Positions 29,652-40,872 of a stretch of 64,000 nucleotides of DNA are shown here, piece by piece. The number at the start of each line of letters is the position of its first letter. Position 1 is the first letter of the stretch. Position numbers and translations under genes: made by a program. Location: positions 38,316,001 to 38,380,000 of the forward strand of contig OX597822.1 of the NCBI GenBank assembly GCA_951406725.2, written 5' to 3'. Origin of the DNA: Octopus vulgaris. Taxonomy: Eukaryota. The notes under the pieces were generated by a model. It was not told the origin of the DNA, did no database searches, and was given only the letters and a program-made list of their open reading frames with translations.

Positions 29652-32600
29652 CTGTGTCGTATTTTTCATCCACCATCACTTGATGGCCAGTGTTGGTTTG
29701 TTTACATCCCCACAACTTAATAGTTCAACAAAAAAAAACCCAACAAATACCAGGCGTAAAAACTCTAAAACAATCCTGGGGTTGATTTGTTCAACTAAAA
29801 CCCTTCAAGACAGTGCCCCAGCATGGCCATGGTCAGACAACTGAAACAAGTAGATGATAAAAAGAACCTTATTTTGTTGATTAGTACTCTGTTCCCGAAA
29901 GAGCAGACATAACCAAAGGCGTTCCATCCATGATTAATCTTTTATTCTGAGTGTATCTTTAACTACATTACCCAAACTGCCCTTTACTATTTTAAGACTG
30001 TTGGGTGTAATTTCTCATAAAAGCTTTCTCTGTGGTTGTCTTGAATTGAACCTGTTACTACAATTTTGCATGACTACATCATCATCTGTGTTTCATTACA
30101 GGGTAACATCCTGATTTCAGCCTGGTTATTCCGAACCATCGATGATGAGCAAGCCGGAGTGCTGTCTTGGCTCACCATCACATTCCAAAGTACGTAACAA
30201 ATTCTGTTGGGGTCAACCTTTGCCTTTCATTCTTTCAGGGTCTATAAAATAAAGTGCCAATCAAATACAAGGGTTGATTTTGTTAACACCCCTCCCCTCA
30301 AAACTGCTGGTCTTGTTCCTAATGTGAGAAGCAATTATTATTATTGATTAAAATAAGTACCAGTTGAGAACTAGGGTCGATGTGATTGGCTTACCCCTCG
30401 AAGCTCTGGCCATGTGCAAAAATTTGAAACCACAAGGCGGTGAGCTGGCAGAATCAATAGCACAATGGGTGAAATGCTTAGTGGTATTTCATCTGTTGCT
30501 ACATTCTGAGTTCAGATTCCGCCGAGGTTGACTGTGCCTTTCATCCTATTGGGGTTGATAAATTAAGTACCAGTGAAACTATGGTTGACGTAATTGACTA
30601 GTCTCCTCCTCCCATTTTCAGGCCTTGTGCCTATGATAGAAAGGATTACTACTATATAAGGTGGCAATCTGGCAGAATTGTTAGTACCAGTGAAACACTG
30701 GGGTCAATGCAATCAGCTAGTCCCTCTCCCCTCCAAATATCAGACCTTGTTCCTTTAGTAGAAAGGATTATTATTATTACTATTAATTGTATTTTACATT
30801 TTTTCCTTGACAACATTGTTTACAATTAATCCAAGGTTAACTCTGGATTAGTTGCTGTATGATACAGGGATCCCAAGCATGACCAACCTGTCTTTAGTGA
30901 CAACATTTGGGGACTACATTTATTCAATGTTTATTTTCCATTCTGGCATGGTTCAGATGGTTTGACAAGAGCTGATAAGCCTGAAGACTGTGTCTAGTTT
31001 CAACACCAGCTTTGGCATGGTTTCTACAACTGGATGTCCTTCCTAATGTCAACCATTTTACAGAATGTACTTGGTGCTTTTTACATGGCACCAGTGCAGT
31101 CACCAAGTAACTTGCAAGACCCCACCTCTTCAACTGAAGTGGAGGATGTAATATTGAAGGAGATGGATTTTATGCCAGATAGGTGATGAGGTAGTAGGCT
31201 TTAATTTGAGGGAGATTTTAACTGCTATTTTTTTGTCAATCGAGGGGCACATTGAGGCTAGTGATAATGTTGTTGGTATTGTTGTGTAGGTTTGTGGAAT
31301 GGCAGTGATAACAAAGCTGAGAAAGACAGCCCTATATTCCTGGATAACCTTGAAGTGAGCAAGATGAGTACACTTGAGGAGCTTAAGGTTCGACTGATGG
31401 AACTGCCCCAACTGGCTAATGTCAACAACTATTATTACTTACGGCTGAAGGTGATGGAGGACAACGAGATGAAAACCATCCTGAAAGGTCACAACAATAC
31501 CATTCAGTAAGTACTATATATTGTTTATTAGGATTTGCCTTCATATCATTCACATGTATTATTGGGATCATCATCATACCATTCACTAGTCGCCATCATA
31601 CCATTCAGTATGCATTAACGGTCACTATTTGTGTATTCAAGGATGGTGGTGGATTAACAGATTTTGTATTTAGTGACATCTCTTGATGTTTTGAGATGAA
31701 TCCTTGTCACAGTTTGCTTAGCCATTGTCTTCTGATGGTTGATAAAACCTTCTTTCATGTATTGAGGTTGATTTCATTAACTATTCTCTATCCCTCATCT
31801 AAAATCTGAAGCAACGTCCCGACCCCGTAGCTTTCAAATTACTGTCAAATGTAATGCATATTTATTCATGCTGTTTTGAATTAATCCTGTATTATCTTGT
31901 AGCTTTGAGATTTCAGTGATGCGATTGTTTATTTTTAGAATGACACTGTAGAGTAGGTGTGAGAGGCTGGGTCTAGTAAGTTTACATGTAAAGCAGGTAG
32001 AATATTTTGGGTTGGATATTGTTAGTTTAAATGTTAAAGGGTTAAAAATCACTGTTTATAGTCTTTTTATGTATTAGAAAGCAAACTCATATGGTTCACT
32101 ACAGATTAGGTGCCACTATCATATGACTAATTTCCTGTTTGAGAGTTCACAATCATAATCTCACTCATATATTCATATATATATGTTTGTTTGGTTTTCA
32201 TGTATAGTTCGATATAAAAACAAACAGGCGTGGCCCTTTGGTAAGAAGTTTGCTTTCCAACCACATGGTTCCGAGTTCAGTCCCACTGTGTGGCACCTTG
32301 GGCAAGTGTCTTTTATTATAGCCTTGGGCTGACCAAAGCCTTGTGAATGGATTTGGTAGACAGAGACTGAAAGAAGCCTGTCATGTGTATATGTGTGTAT
32401 GTCTGCCATTGCTTGACAACCAATGCTGGTGTGTTTATGTCCCTGTAACTTAGCAGTTCAGCAAAAGAGACCAATAAAATAAGTGCTGGGCTTACAAAGA
32501 GTGAGTCTTGGGGATGATTTCTTTGACTAAAATCCTTTAGAGCAATGCTCCATCATGGCTGGAGTCAAATAACCGAAACAAGTAAAAGAATTAACTTGAA

Positions 32601-35600
32601 AGACCACTGAAATGCCTCTTCAGAGTAACATTTATTTTTACAAGGGAAAGATTGACATTTACGACTAGAGTTTAATAAGGTGACAGAGCTGAAATGTGAG
32701 ACATTGTCAACTTTTTCCTTGTAAAAGTTGTGTGTGTGTGTATATATATATATAAAATTATTGATGCCAGGGTTGCCTGACTGGGTCCCGTGCCGGTGAC
32801 ATTTAAAAGGCACCATCTGATTGTGGGTGATGCCAATGCCCCCTGACTAGCCTCCCGTGCTGGTGGCACATAAAAATCATTATTCAAACGTGGCCAGTGC
32901 TGCCTGACTGGCTCCCATACCGGTGGCTTGTAAAAAAGCACCCACTACACTCTCAGAATGGTTGGTGTTAGGAAGGGCATCCAGCTGTAGAAACATTGCC
33001 AGATCAGATTGGAGCCTGGTACTGCCTCCTTGCTTTCCAGACCTTAGTCTCTGTGTGTGTATACACACACACACACACGTGAAGGCGCATGGCTTAGTGG
33101 TTAAGGCATTCGGCTCACAATTGTAAGGCTGTGAGTTCAATTCCTGGTGATGCATTGTGTCCTTGAGCAAGACACTTTATTTCACGTTGCTCCATTCTAC
33201 TCAGCTGGCAGAAATGAGTAGTACCTGTATTTCAAAGGGCCAACTTTGTCATATTCTGTTTCATGCTGAATCTCCCTGAGAACTACATTAAGGGTACATG
33301 TGTCTGTGGAGTGCTCAGCCACTTGCATGTTAATTTCATGAGCAAGCTGTCCATTGACCATATCAGCTGGGACCCTCATTGTCGTAACCGAGAGAGTGCT
33401 CCATATATATATTCCATCTTTCATTTGCCATATATAGATGAGAGAGAGAAAGAGCAAATCAATAACAAAAAAGCTACAACTCGCGTACAAAAAGCAACAA
33501 AAGCCTTAGGGATGTTCACTGTTAATATTATTAGGTTGACAGTCAAAGAAGGAAAACAGTCCTGACAAAGGACTACATATTTCAGGTGCAGTACTTTGTC
33601 AGATGCACAGACAAAAGACCAGGGAAGTGGAGAAAGACAGGAGGATAAGAGGAGAGTAATGGGGAAAGACTGCATGTGAGTAACTCACATATTTGATCTC
33701 TGAGAAGGGCTCCACAAGAACATCAGCTGACATGTGCCCTCTGAAATATATTGTTGTTCTCAGTTCTGTATTTTATATTTCAGAAATTTGAAGCTTCCAG
33801 ACACTTGTCAGATTGGAGTTCAAGTCCTGGCAAAATCTGAAAACTTAAGGTAAGACTAGGATTTGTTTAAATTGTTGTAATTGTCATCATCAGATTCACA
33901 GATTATTAAACAATAGCAATGTATTTACACACCATCTGTCTTCCATGTTGGCATGGTTGGATTGTCTGATTGTTATGCTGCAATGTCTCCTTTGGCATAG
34001 TTTGTGTGGTTGAATGCCCTTCATAAACACCAATCACTGTATGGAGAATACTGGTTCCAGCACTAGTGAGGCCATCTTGTAACTTGCAAGACTAAGATCC
34101 CTTTGACTGAGTCAGGTTAAAGTAAAGGAGACAAGGGGTTAGCTTTATGCTTGGTGATGAAAAGATAGAGTATGTAGGAAGGGGTCCAGAATAGATTTCT
34201 TGCTGCAGAAGAGATACATGGTTGCTCAAACTATGCAGGAATGGGTGGGAGTAATTGATGTGGAGGTGGAAAGAGACAAACAAAGTGATGATGAAATGTC
34301 AGGGTGAGCCTTGTGGGGAAGAAGGATTGGTGGGTATGGTTAGAGATAAGACAGGCGTTGAATTGTTCAACTCATACCAGCATGGAAAACAGACGTTAAA
34401 TGATGATAAATGAGCCCAGTTGGTGTAAATCTGAATTGTATCTTCATTAAATTCTTCTTTCTCCCAAGTCCTTTAATGTAATATCTCACATTCTCCCAAA
34501 GTTATTTTTAGACTCTCCTAATGCCCATCCTGCCTGACACATTCCCAAACAGTGTACTCCTAATCATTTCTGTAATACTCCTAATATTCATTTATCTTTT
34601 CTTTATTGGGGACAGGCCTGAAGAAATCTTACTGACAATTAAACAGCGTTTGTGTGACAGTCGTGAATATAAGGACCCTGTTGAGATGGTTTGGGACACT
34701 GGCCAAGGGAACTCTGTTGACCACCTGAAAAGAACCATTGCCAATTTTCTCTTGATCCCGGAAAAAGACGTGCTGCTGGCCAAATACTTTCCTTCAAAGT
34801 GTGAGTGGACTGTGCTGAAGGACTCAAATACACAACACAACAATAAGGTAAGGGCATCTCATTGTTCAGTTATGTAGTCAGTTATTTGAACTTCCCCCAT
34901 CAGAACCAGCCATCAACTACATATGGGCCCTGGCATAGATGTATGTTTAAGAAGTTTGTGTTGCAATCGCATAATTCCAGGGTTGTCTTCTAATCATAGC
35001 TTTAGGCTGACTAAAAAACAAAGATTGTCAGATTGAACTTGTATTGTCTGGGAATAGACTAAAAATTTTTATATTTAGTGTTATGGCACCTAATCATGAC
35101 CAACCCTATGTTTATTCAATTATAGGAGATCTAGAACCATGCTCTCCAATTTGCTTTTTGGAGACAGCAACCACATTGGCCTCAACTCATTACTGTTTCT
35201 TGCATGGCAAGCAAACTGTAAGGAGGCTTGCTCATTTGTTCTTATAGTTAAATTTAGTTTATAATAAGGATTTTTAAATTAAGCTAATGAGAAATAGATA
35301 TTCACTTGGATAGGATGTCAGCCTTTTGCAGGTAACATTTCCCAGATGTTATGGTGATACCTGTTTCTAGAGACATGTAGCAGGCATAAACTGGAGTAAT
35401 ATAAAATGTGTTCTGTCCTGGAATACAGACACGTTGTGAGTTTGAACTCCTGATCTGCCAACAATTAGTCTAATACACAGAAATGTGAGCAGGCATTACA
35501 CCCATAGCCATCCCATCTTCTAGTCATTTGACATAGTGTATATAGGATTACATATATCAATGTGTCCTCCTTGGGTGTGATTTGAGGTAAGGTGGTTTGT

Positions 35601-38600
35601 GTGATATTATATTGGCTGAAGAGAAGATAACCATCTCAAAATACATGCATTGCACAGCCTGGTCAGGTGGCGCTGTGGGCTGACTTGGTGTATTTACACC
35701 TATTTGTCTACAGTGAGAAATTTTCTCCCTGACAAACACAATGACTGGCCTCCTTATGCTTGAGGCATATTTGAACTGGTAACAAGTTTGTATTTATTAT
35801 ATTACTATACTGTAGTCAAGCACGTGTGTCTGCCTGTATGTATGTAATAGTGCCACAACAATGTTCCATATCAGTGTAGTGTGATGTCTGTCTGACGATG
35901 TCACTTAAGTGTTTTGCTTGTACTTTTCAGAAAGGGACATCTAGATCTCGTCGTAAAAACCAACACAGAACTACCCGTACCCAGTGCAATCCTTACTGCA
36001 TCAAAGATGGAGATTTGATTGCTGTCAAAGTATGTGTCACTTTTCTATTGTTCTACATACATCACCACTAACACTAGCTACTGTTCTGCATTCAATACCA
36101 CTAAAAATGTTCTATTTTCTACATACACCACTGAATTCTTCTCTCTCTCATCATCATCATTTAGAATCTGCCTTCCATGCTTTGCATGGGTTAAAGCATG
36201 GGTTAGTCAGTGTGACTGGAACTAGTAAGCCAGAGAGCTGCACCAGTTTCCAGTCTGATATGACATGGTTTCTATGGCTGGATGCCCTCCTTATGCCAAC
36301 CACTCCAAGAGTGTAAAGGATGTATTTTATGTGCCACTTACATAACACTATATGATACTAAAATTATCTTTCTTCTATATATCCACCACTACCACTGTTC
36401 TATAGACACTAGTACTGCTCTGTATCAAGCACTATTCTATATGTATTAATACAGATCTAATACAAACTTAGTGCAACTCTCAAGTACATTGGTGTCATTC
36501 ATACTTGAACTGAAGTCTTCCTGTTGGTTTTTTTGGCAGCTCAATACAGATGTACCAGTAATAGTTCTTGTAATCTTAGTACTCTTCTCTGTGCCAAAAT
36601 AATCAACATTATTCCAAATTCCTCATCTATATTGAGTCAAACCTAGCATGTATCATCTCTTCCTTCTCCAGGGAGAAGGGAAATATACTAGAAACTACTA
36701 TTATTTGCTGAATGTAACATCAGTTTTGTGAGTGCTGTTTAGCCCTAGGCCAGTGCTAATCCAGTGGGCCTATTTGGTCAATGATCTATCAGCCACATTT
36801 TCCACCCTATTTTTTATACTATATCTATGAACTACAATAGCTGTGTCCTTCCTATTTTACAACTCTACAGTCGTGACCAAAAGTTTGAAACAGGTTAAAA
36901 GTTAAAATTTTTATGCATTTCAATTCAAATATAACTTTAGAATTTTTATATTAAAAGCCCAATTTTCAGACTTGTGTTCCAAACTTTTGGCCACGACTGT
37001 AGATATGAATTGATAGTCGTTATAATAGTAAGTTACAGGGACAGATAACTGCGTATAACCTCTCTGAACACAGCTTAGTTTCTCACATTTGTAGCTGACT
37101 GGTCCTGTGCTGGTGGCATGTAAAAAGCACCATTTGAGCATGGTCGTTGCCAGTGCTGCTACACTGGCTCCTGTGCCGTTGGCATGTAAAAAGCACCATT
37201 CAAGCGTGGCCGATGCCTGTACCGCCTGACTGCCGGTGGCACGTAAAAAGCACCCACTACACTCTTGGAGTGGTTGGCAACCAGCTGTAGAAACATTGCC
37301 AGATTGGATTGGAGCTTGGTGCACCCTTCTGGCTTGCCAGCCCTCAGTCAAATCGTCCAACTCATGCCGGCATGGAAAGCGGATGTTAAACAACAACTAT
37401 GATGATGATGAACCACATTACTTTCTGTACAACCTCTGTGTGTATGTGTGGAATGAAACTGGAGATTGGTGGAAATGTATCTCAAGTATAGATGCAGAAT
37501 TTTCTGTAGTTTTGGTGGTTCAAAAAAATGTCTTTTTTATTCAACACACCTGTGATTTCAGATATTGGTTCCAATTTGACAATTGTTATGACTAAATCAA
37601 CATTGCATGAAAATTTAAAACTGAAATCAGTTCAAGAAGATGGGATGGGAGTTAGAGATTTTACATAAGTTTTGTGTGTGTGTGCAGGAAGACTAAAAAT
37701 TTAGGAGTATATTGGGAAAAGATGTTTGTTTAGTGATTAAGGTATTAACAAACTAACAGGGGTAAATATCAAGGTTAAAGCTATCCTTTCCTAATTAGAG
37801 GTATGTAATAGTTGCAGTCTGTCACTTGTGACACATCTTGTATTCCCAGGGTTTTAATATTTACTTTTATAGAAGGATGGTGATTGTTTCACTCAAGGTC
37901 AGCTCAATTAGCAGAGACGTTCCAGCCATGACTTTTAGTAAATAGCCCAACCCATGCCAGCATTAAAAAAGGACATTAAATGATTATGTATATCTATAAC
38001 TACATCATCAAATATGTTCAATATGGTAGGGTATGGTTTGAGAGATATTTAGCTGCTTTGTCAAACAGTACTGGAAAATGACCAGGAAAGATAAGTCCCT
38101 TGACTAAGTGATGTGGAGTGTATCTCTTGATCAGCAAGTGCCTGTGATATTTTAGGAATTGGGTATGTTACTCTGTCAGCTATTTATTTCTTTATTGCCT
38201 ACAAGGGGACAAACAAGGACAGAGATTAAGTCAATTACATCAATCCCCAGTGCGTAACTGGTACTTATTTAATCGACCCTGAAAGGATGAAAGGCAAAGT
38301 CGACCTCGATGGAATTTAGACTCAGAATGTAATGGCAGACGAAATACCACTAAGCATTTTGCCTGGCATGCTAACAATTCCGTCAGCTCACTGCCTTATT
38401 CTATCAGCCATTACTCCTCACTGTTGCATACTTACAGCAGACATGTACCTTATTTTTTCTTTTCTAACCAGAACATCTCAGAGGAAACTGGTGAACTGAT
38501 GGACTTCTCTACAGCCAAAGATGATGAGAACAAAGCAGAAATGAAGCTTCAAAATGGTCATTCAAAGGACGAGTATGTTTGAGATTTTCTATTTAATCAT

Positions 38601-38979
38601 TTCCATAGAGTTAACAGAAATTGTTTATTCTTTCTCACACTGATGCACACACTTACCTATACAATGTTTAGTGGTATGGACCAACACACACTCACACACA
38701 CTTAAATAAATTTATGTAGATGCATGTACCACTACACATACATTACTACATGTACCATTTACCAACATGTGGACACTAAATGTACCAACACATTCATGCA
38801 TGAACATCTAGACTAAATGATAATCTGTCTGTTTGCCTCTCTGTTTTTGTAGATCATCCAATAAGAAGAACTGTGGAGTGGCTTCTGCCAGTAATCAAGA
38901 CAACAAATCAGCAGTGACTAAGTCTCGCAAAGCTTGCCCTGAAGTTGGCCTTACTATCAAAGTGGATAAATTTACATAA
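247..38979 (+). CDS. USP40: Ubiquitin carboxyl-terminal hydrolase 40 (USP40), 5'-partial, 26 coding exons (gene span)
   Basis: 26 GT-AG exons join in phase into 3186 nt ending in TAA. USP His box (YELFSLVIHRGSTHGGHYHAYIKD), WFDFDDS..ESAYMLFYRK, and motifs recalled from USP40 (SLLRFSYDFVK, SWNKHFKKQHGP, GALHP, WHLRKVSW, LAKYFP, PYCIKDGDLIAVK, PEVGLTIKV). Confidence 0.93.
898..1304. mobile_element. Mutator/foldback-like MITE inserted in a SINE
   Basis: Long imperfect inverted arms (aactctttagaaaacaaggt / accttgttttctaaagagtt; tttgtccaca / tgtggacaaa); 9-bp direct repeat gatttttat at 889-897 and 1305-1313. Confidence 0.55.
2189..2245 (+). CDS. USP40: USP40 exon (ETGKFTFPKFIDMSAFVDS)
   Basis: ctcag|...|gtaagt; USP F-P..I-D motif; phase 0/0. 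Confidence 0.9.
2380..3440 (+). mobile_element. Tandem cluster of tRNA-derived SINEs, family A, with (TTA)n tails
   Basis: Repeated gagctggcagaatc...gagttcaaattcc...gcctttcatcctttcggggtcgataaa; similar clusters near 27820-28480 (+), 30210-30785 (+), 46200-46740 (-); boundaries approximate. Confidence 0.8.
3445..3570 (+). CDS. USP40: USP40 exon with catalytic His box
   Basis: ttcag|PSSDDSSEYELFSLVIHRGSTHGGHYHAYIKDIDGLGTWTET|gtaagt. Confidence 0.95.
3620..4120 (-). mobile_element. RTE-clade LINE 3' fragment
   Basis: ORF 3852..4118 RQCRVVGRFLRK...GRRARGRQR...ARDRNKWR resembles the RTE C-terminus. Confidence 0.7.
4208..4661. mobile_element. Head-to-head dimer of a tRNA-head/hammerhead-tail element (Penelope-associated, non-autonomous)
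   Basis: Arms 4208-4440 (-) and 4439-4661 (+); 13-bp TSD ttaaccaagttca at 4195-4207 and 4662-4674; A/B boxes; hammerhead-like core at 4572-4617. Confidence 0.75.
4769..4948 (+). CDS. USP40: USP40 exon (CKEVVV...TLPVDKLCM)
   Basis: tgtag|...|gtaagt; 180 nt; overlaps ORF 4781..5119. Confidence 0.85.
6020..6185 (-). mobile_element. Solo hammerhead-bearing tail of the same element
   Basis: Minus strand gacac CTGATGA aggctg...cagcc AAAA; same left terminus cagttct.tatt. Confidence 0.7.
6508..6576 (+). CDS. USP40: USP40 exon (EFVKYSGVSWNKHFKKQHGPITQ)
   Basis: tacag|...|gtttgt; SWNK..KQHGP motif. Confidence 0.9.
6979..7199 (+). CDS. USP40: USP40 exon (FLHSHSDKFDF..., Ser-rich)
   Basis: ttcag|...ga|gtaagt; open frame; phase 0/2 matches next exon. 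Confidence 0.85.
8017..8277 (-). mobile_element. Short non-autonomous Helitron
   Basis: Minus strand starts a|TCtatatatat and ends ...cgagcaacgCTAG|t. Confidence 0.6.
9016..9215 (+). CDS. USP40: USP40 exon with WFDFDDS and ESAYMLFYRK (end of catalytic domain)
   Basis: gtcag|...g|gtgagt; ORF 8984..9223. Confidence 0.95.
9468..9694. mobile_element. piggyBac-like MITE
   Basis: TTAA-ccctttc...aaaaggtta termini; opposite-orientation copy at 62143-62364. Confidence 0.55.
10898..10979 (+). CDS. USP40: USP40 exon (AWSNPAYKVPGYLLQKALLDNKNIEKER)
   Basis: gtcag|...ag|gtaaat; phase 1/2 fits neighbours. Confidence 0.85.
11800..12172 (-). mobile_element. tRNA-derived SINE, family B, with internal (TG)n
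   Basis: ggcacaggagtgactgtagt...gcaccttgggcaagtgtcttctactatagc...ccagcatggccgc...gactgaaacaagtaaaa; further copies near 18275-18667(-), 25870-26250(+), 32225-32590(+), 39575-39965(-), 51478-51882(-), 53754-54095(+), 58472-58985(+), 59853-60266(-). Confidence 0.85.
12241..12409 (+). CDS. USP40: USP40 exon (...YRDGALHP...MDKRKTVAELK...)
   Basis: tatag|...|gtatgt; ORF 12215..12421. Confidence 0.9.
13479..13569 (+). CDS. USP40: USP40 exon (LDQKAV...AGCHLYEHLS)
   Basis: tgcag|...g|gtaagt. Confidence 0.87.
14513..14586 (+). CDS. USP40: USP40 exon (ADDSKV...LFVWDGKQ)
   Basis: tgcag|...|gtaagt; FVWDG motif. Confidence 0.87.
15914..16103 (+). CDS. USP40: USP40 exon (VQKQEIPVGIESEPILLTV...)
   Basis: tctag|...g|gtaaat; phase 0/1. 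Confidence 0.87.
16427..18015 (+). mobile_element. Non-autonomous Helitron with remnant of RepHel N-terminal repeats
   Basis: 5' a|TCtaatataataaa; 3' hairpin taaaagctgc..gcggctttta then CTAG|t; ORF 17667..17984 with ETPEQAESRRAS-type repeats. Confidence 0.75.
18058..19095 (+). mobile_element. Second tandem Helitron copy interrupted by a family-B SINE
   Basis: Same 5' TCtaatataataaatg; shared cgcaatcctgaaattttggatt block; degenerate 3' hairpin aaaagctgccc..gggtagtttt. Confidence 0.65.
19266..19389 (+). CDS. USP40: USP40 exon (...TLSALGLTDGDELVVE...)
   Basis: ctcag|...gg|gtaact; ubiquitin-like TL..LG..DGD motif. Confidence 0.85.
19438..19853. mobile_element. hAT/Charlie-like MITE interrupted by a SINE tail
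   Basis: Degenerate termini ...gcccccagcc / ggttggggacc; internal ggtccatggtgcaaaaa. Confidence 0.45.
21100..21169 (+). CDS. USP40: USP40 exon (PSLTDW...VENCCQ)
   Basis: gacag|...|gtgagt; phase 2/0 fits. Confidence 0.75.
21580..21725. repeat. Near-perfect 68-bp inverted repeat with 10-nt loop
   Basis: 21580-21647 vs 21658-21725, one G:T mismatch. Confidence 0.95.
22487..22531 (+). CDS. USP40: USP40 short exon (QSTSSTVMVETDKDM)
   Basis: cacag|...|gtaagt after T-rich tract; 45 nt, phase 0/0. Confidence 0.7.
24720..24828 (+). CDS. USP40: USP40 exon (LVSEVKDIALIKLG...RKLP)
   Basis: cacag|...t|gtaagt. Confidence 0.8.
24995..25500 (-). mobile_element. Internally deleted mariner transposon
   Basis: TA-flanked TIRs tgaggtctgatcaaaaagtatcag / ctgatactttttgatcatacctt; transposase C-terminal remnant IPKKEFQKYFHQWKRWIK. 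Confidence 0.75.
26618..26706 (+). CDS. USP40: USP40 exon (LWGEDMIQ...QLRRDE)
   Basis: ttcag|...|gtgagt. Confidence 0.8.
27043..27222 (+). mobile_element. Small Penelope-type element with hammerhead-like motif, ending in (TA)n
   Basis: cttt CTGTAGA a gagc gtag gctc GAAAT GTA aaag at 27083-27118; related copy at 50953-51085 (-). Confidence 0.55.
27246..27378 (+). CDS. USP40: USP40 exon (ITVFVGFG...DETVEGCI...)
   Basis: cccag|...g|gttagt; phase 0/1. Confidence 0.8.
28514..28653 (+). CDS. USP40: USP40 exon (VEGWHLRKVSWCGEP...ERGKLPQK)
   Basis: accag|...|gtaaat; WHLRK motif. Confidence 0.9.
30102..30189 (+). CDS. USP40: USP40 exon (GNILISAWLF...)
   Basis: tacag|...a|gtacgt. Confidence 0.8.
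31290..31506 (+). CDS. USP40: USP40 exon (...STLEELKVRLMELP...)
   Basis: tgtag|...ca|gtaagt; ORF 31292..31510. Confidence 0.88.
33082..33400 (+). mobile_element. tRNA-derived SINE, family D
   Basis: A box tggcttagtgg, B box gagttcaattcc, then gtccttgagcaagacactt; related heads near 42853 and 61637. Confidence 0.65.
33784..33849 (+). CDS. USP40: USP40 exon (NLKLPDTCQIGVQVLAKSENL)
   Basis: ttcag|...ag|gtaaga. Confidence 0.83.
34616..34847 (+). CDS. USP40: USP40 exon (...LLAKYFPSKCEW...)
   Basis: gacag|...|gtaagg; ORF 34521..34877. Confidence 0.9.
35931..36029 (+). CDS. USP40: USP40 exon (KGTSRSRRK...PYCIKDGDLIAVK)
   Basis: ttcag|...|gtatgt. Confidence 0.9.
36866..37001. mobile_element. Tc1-like MITE
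   Basis: TA-cagtcgtgaccaaaagtttg ... caaacttttggccacgactg-TA. Confidence 0.75.
38472..38572 (+). CDS. USP40: USP40 exon (NISEE...DFSTAKDD...)
   Basis: accag|...ga|gtatgt; DFST..DD motif. Confidence 0.87.
38853..38979 (+). CDS. USP40: USP40 last coding exon (...PEVGLTIKVDKFT*)
   Basis: tgtag|...TAA; several AATAAA follow at about 39080-39325. Confidence 0.88.
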
Positions 38980-40534
38980 AATCTTCAACTTTCACATTCT
39001 ATCACTCAATTCTTTGTTATTTATTTTTTCCCTTAAAACCCCTAATTTTGTTCTCCTTTGTAGGGGTTAACATTTTGTTTTTAATAAACTCTTTGTCAAT
39101 GATAATGAATGGAATGGACTTTTTCCCTTCCCTCTCTTTGTCTCCCACTCCTATTGATTGCAAGAGTTGTTTTGAACTGGGATCAAATCTGTTCCCTTCT
39201 CCCCTATAATGTGTCCCCCAACACCTACTGTGTTTGCTGTTGGCCAACATTTTCTGATTTTTTTTTTTTTTCCAAAACATATTTTTTAATAAAAACCAAA
39301 AATATAAATTCATGTTAATAAAAATAACATCAAAAAAAAAAAAAGAAAAAACAAAATGCTATTTTGGTCTGATTGGAATATTGTTTGATGGAAGTAGGTG
39401 CTTTGTGTTCTGGTCTGCCCAGTATTTGCTGTAACTCTCTTTCGTTCTCTCTACATATCTCTATACAGGAGGTGCTATAGAAAGTGGTGTCTCTTCCCAT
39501 TTGTACTTTTGCCAATGGCAAGGACGTTCCACTTTACTATGATTTTCTCTCTACACATATCTCTTTTATATTTTATTTGTTCTAGTCATTAGACTGCAGC
39601 CATGCTGGAGGCACCAGCTTCAAGAATTTTAGTCAAATGAATTGATTGGAAAACTTTGGTTTTTCTTTCTTTTTTTTTTTTTAAGCCTGCTATATATTCT
39701 ATTGGTTTCTTTTGCTGAACTGTTAAGTAACAGGGACATAAACACACCAACCACTAATTCTCAAGCAATGAGGGAATAATGACACTCATGCATGTGTACA
39801 CACTCACTTATATGATGGCTTCTTTCCATTTTTGACTACCAAATCTACTCATAAGACTTAGGTTGACCCCAAAGCTATAGCAGAAGACACCCAAGGTGTC
39901 ATACAGTGGGACTGAACCGGGAACCATGTGGTTGGGAAGCAAGCTTTTTAACTCACAGCCACATATATTAAATTATTATTTTAAAGCTAGTGTAAACTGC
40001 CAAACTGAACTGGAGATAATCATGCATAATAATGTGTCTGAAGGAATGGGGTTAGTGTGATAGTAGCGCCAATTGGAACTTGAATCGGGATAATTTTTGG
40101 CTGTGATAGAGATTAAATTTTGCATGGTTTAGATATGGATAATTTATTTGGTTTTTGTAATTGTGTGTGTGTGTGTGTGTGTATAGATGTAGGGTTAAGT
40201 AGTTCACTCTTGTATGGCACCTTGAAATGACCTAAGACTTTGTGTGGATTTGGCAGATGGAAATTAAAAGATGCTTGTGTGTGTGTGTGTGTGTCCTTGC
40301 CTTGATATTGTGTGGTAGCTGTAAATGCCAGTGGTGTCCTTTGTTTCCAACCTTCTGTGAAAATATGTCTGGTCATGGGCAGATATTATTACCTTACTCA
40401 GATGCAGCTGTGGGTTAGCAACAGGAAGGGCATTGGACTATAGAAAATCTCTCAACAAATTCTGACCTATGCAAGCATGAACACTGAAGGTGATGAAACA
40501 TGTACAGTGCATGTGCATGTTATACACACACATA

Positions 40535-40716
40535 TATGGTGTCCATAAATTACCTTTACAATTTGAAAAAGTTTAAAAAAAAATCTCAAGTTGCATGGAG
40601 CCTACATGGGAGTCTTCTGATGTTTCTAATAAAACTTTTTGTTTGCATGTTTCCAATAAAATTTGCTGATTTTTTTCGATCCCCTAATTGTAAGGGTAAT
40701 TTATGGATACCTTGTA
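40535..40716. mobile_element. Tc1/mariner-like MITE between the convergent 3' ends
   Basis: TIRs ggtgtccataaattacctttacaatt / aattgtaagggtaatttatggatacc, TA flanks. Confidence 0.65.
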
Positions 40717-40775
40717 TATTCAAAAACTGACATGAGAAATAAAAACCTGTTAAGTATTTTGAAGTCTGCTATGAC

Positions 40776-40787
40776 AATAAATTTATT
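40776..40787. terminator. Palindromic AATAAATTTATT, poly(A) signal on both strands
   Basis: AATAAA on + (40776-40781) and on - (40787-40782), about 86 nt past the peroxidase stop. Confidence 0.5.
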
Positions 40788-40872
40788 TGTAAGTGTTAAA
40801 ATTTTCTGTAGATGTCTTTATAGGTCTTTGTAGAAAAGACCTATAGTGGTCTTTATAGAAAAGTCAGTTGCA

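Noticed and set aside
36920-37595. 158-aa and 119-aa ORFs
   Set aside because: Composed of family-C SINE and MITE sequence; similar peptides recur throughout the ORF track.
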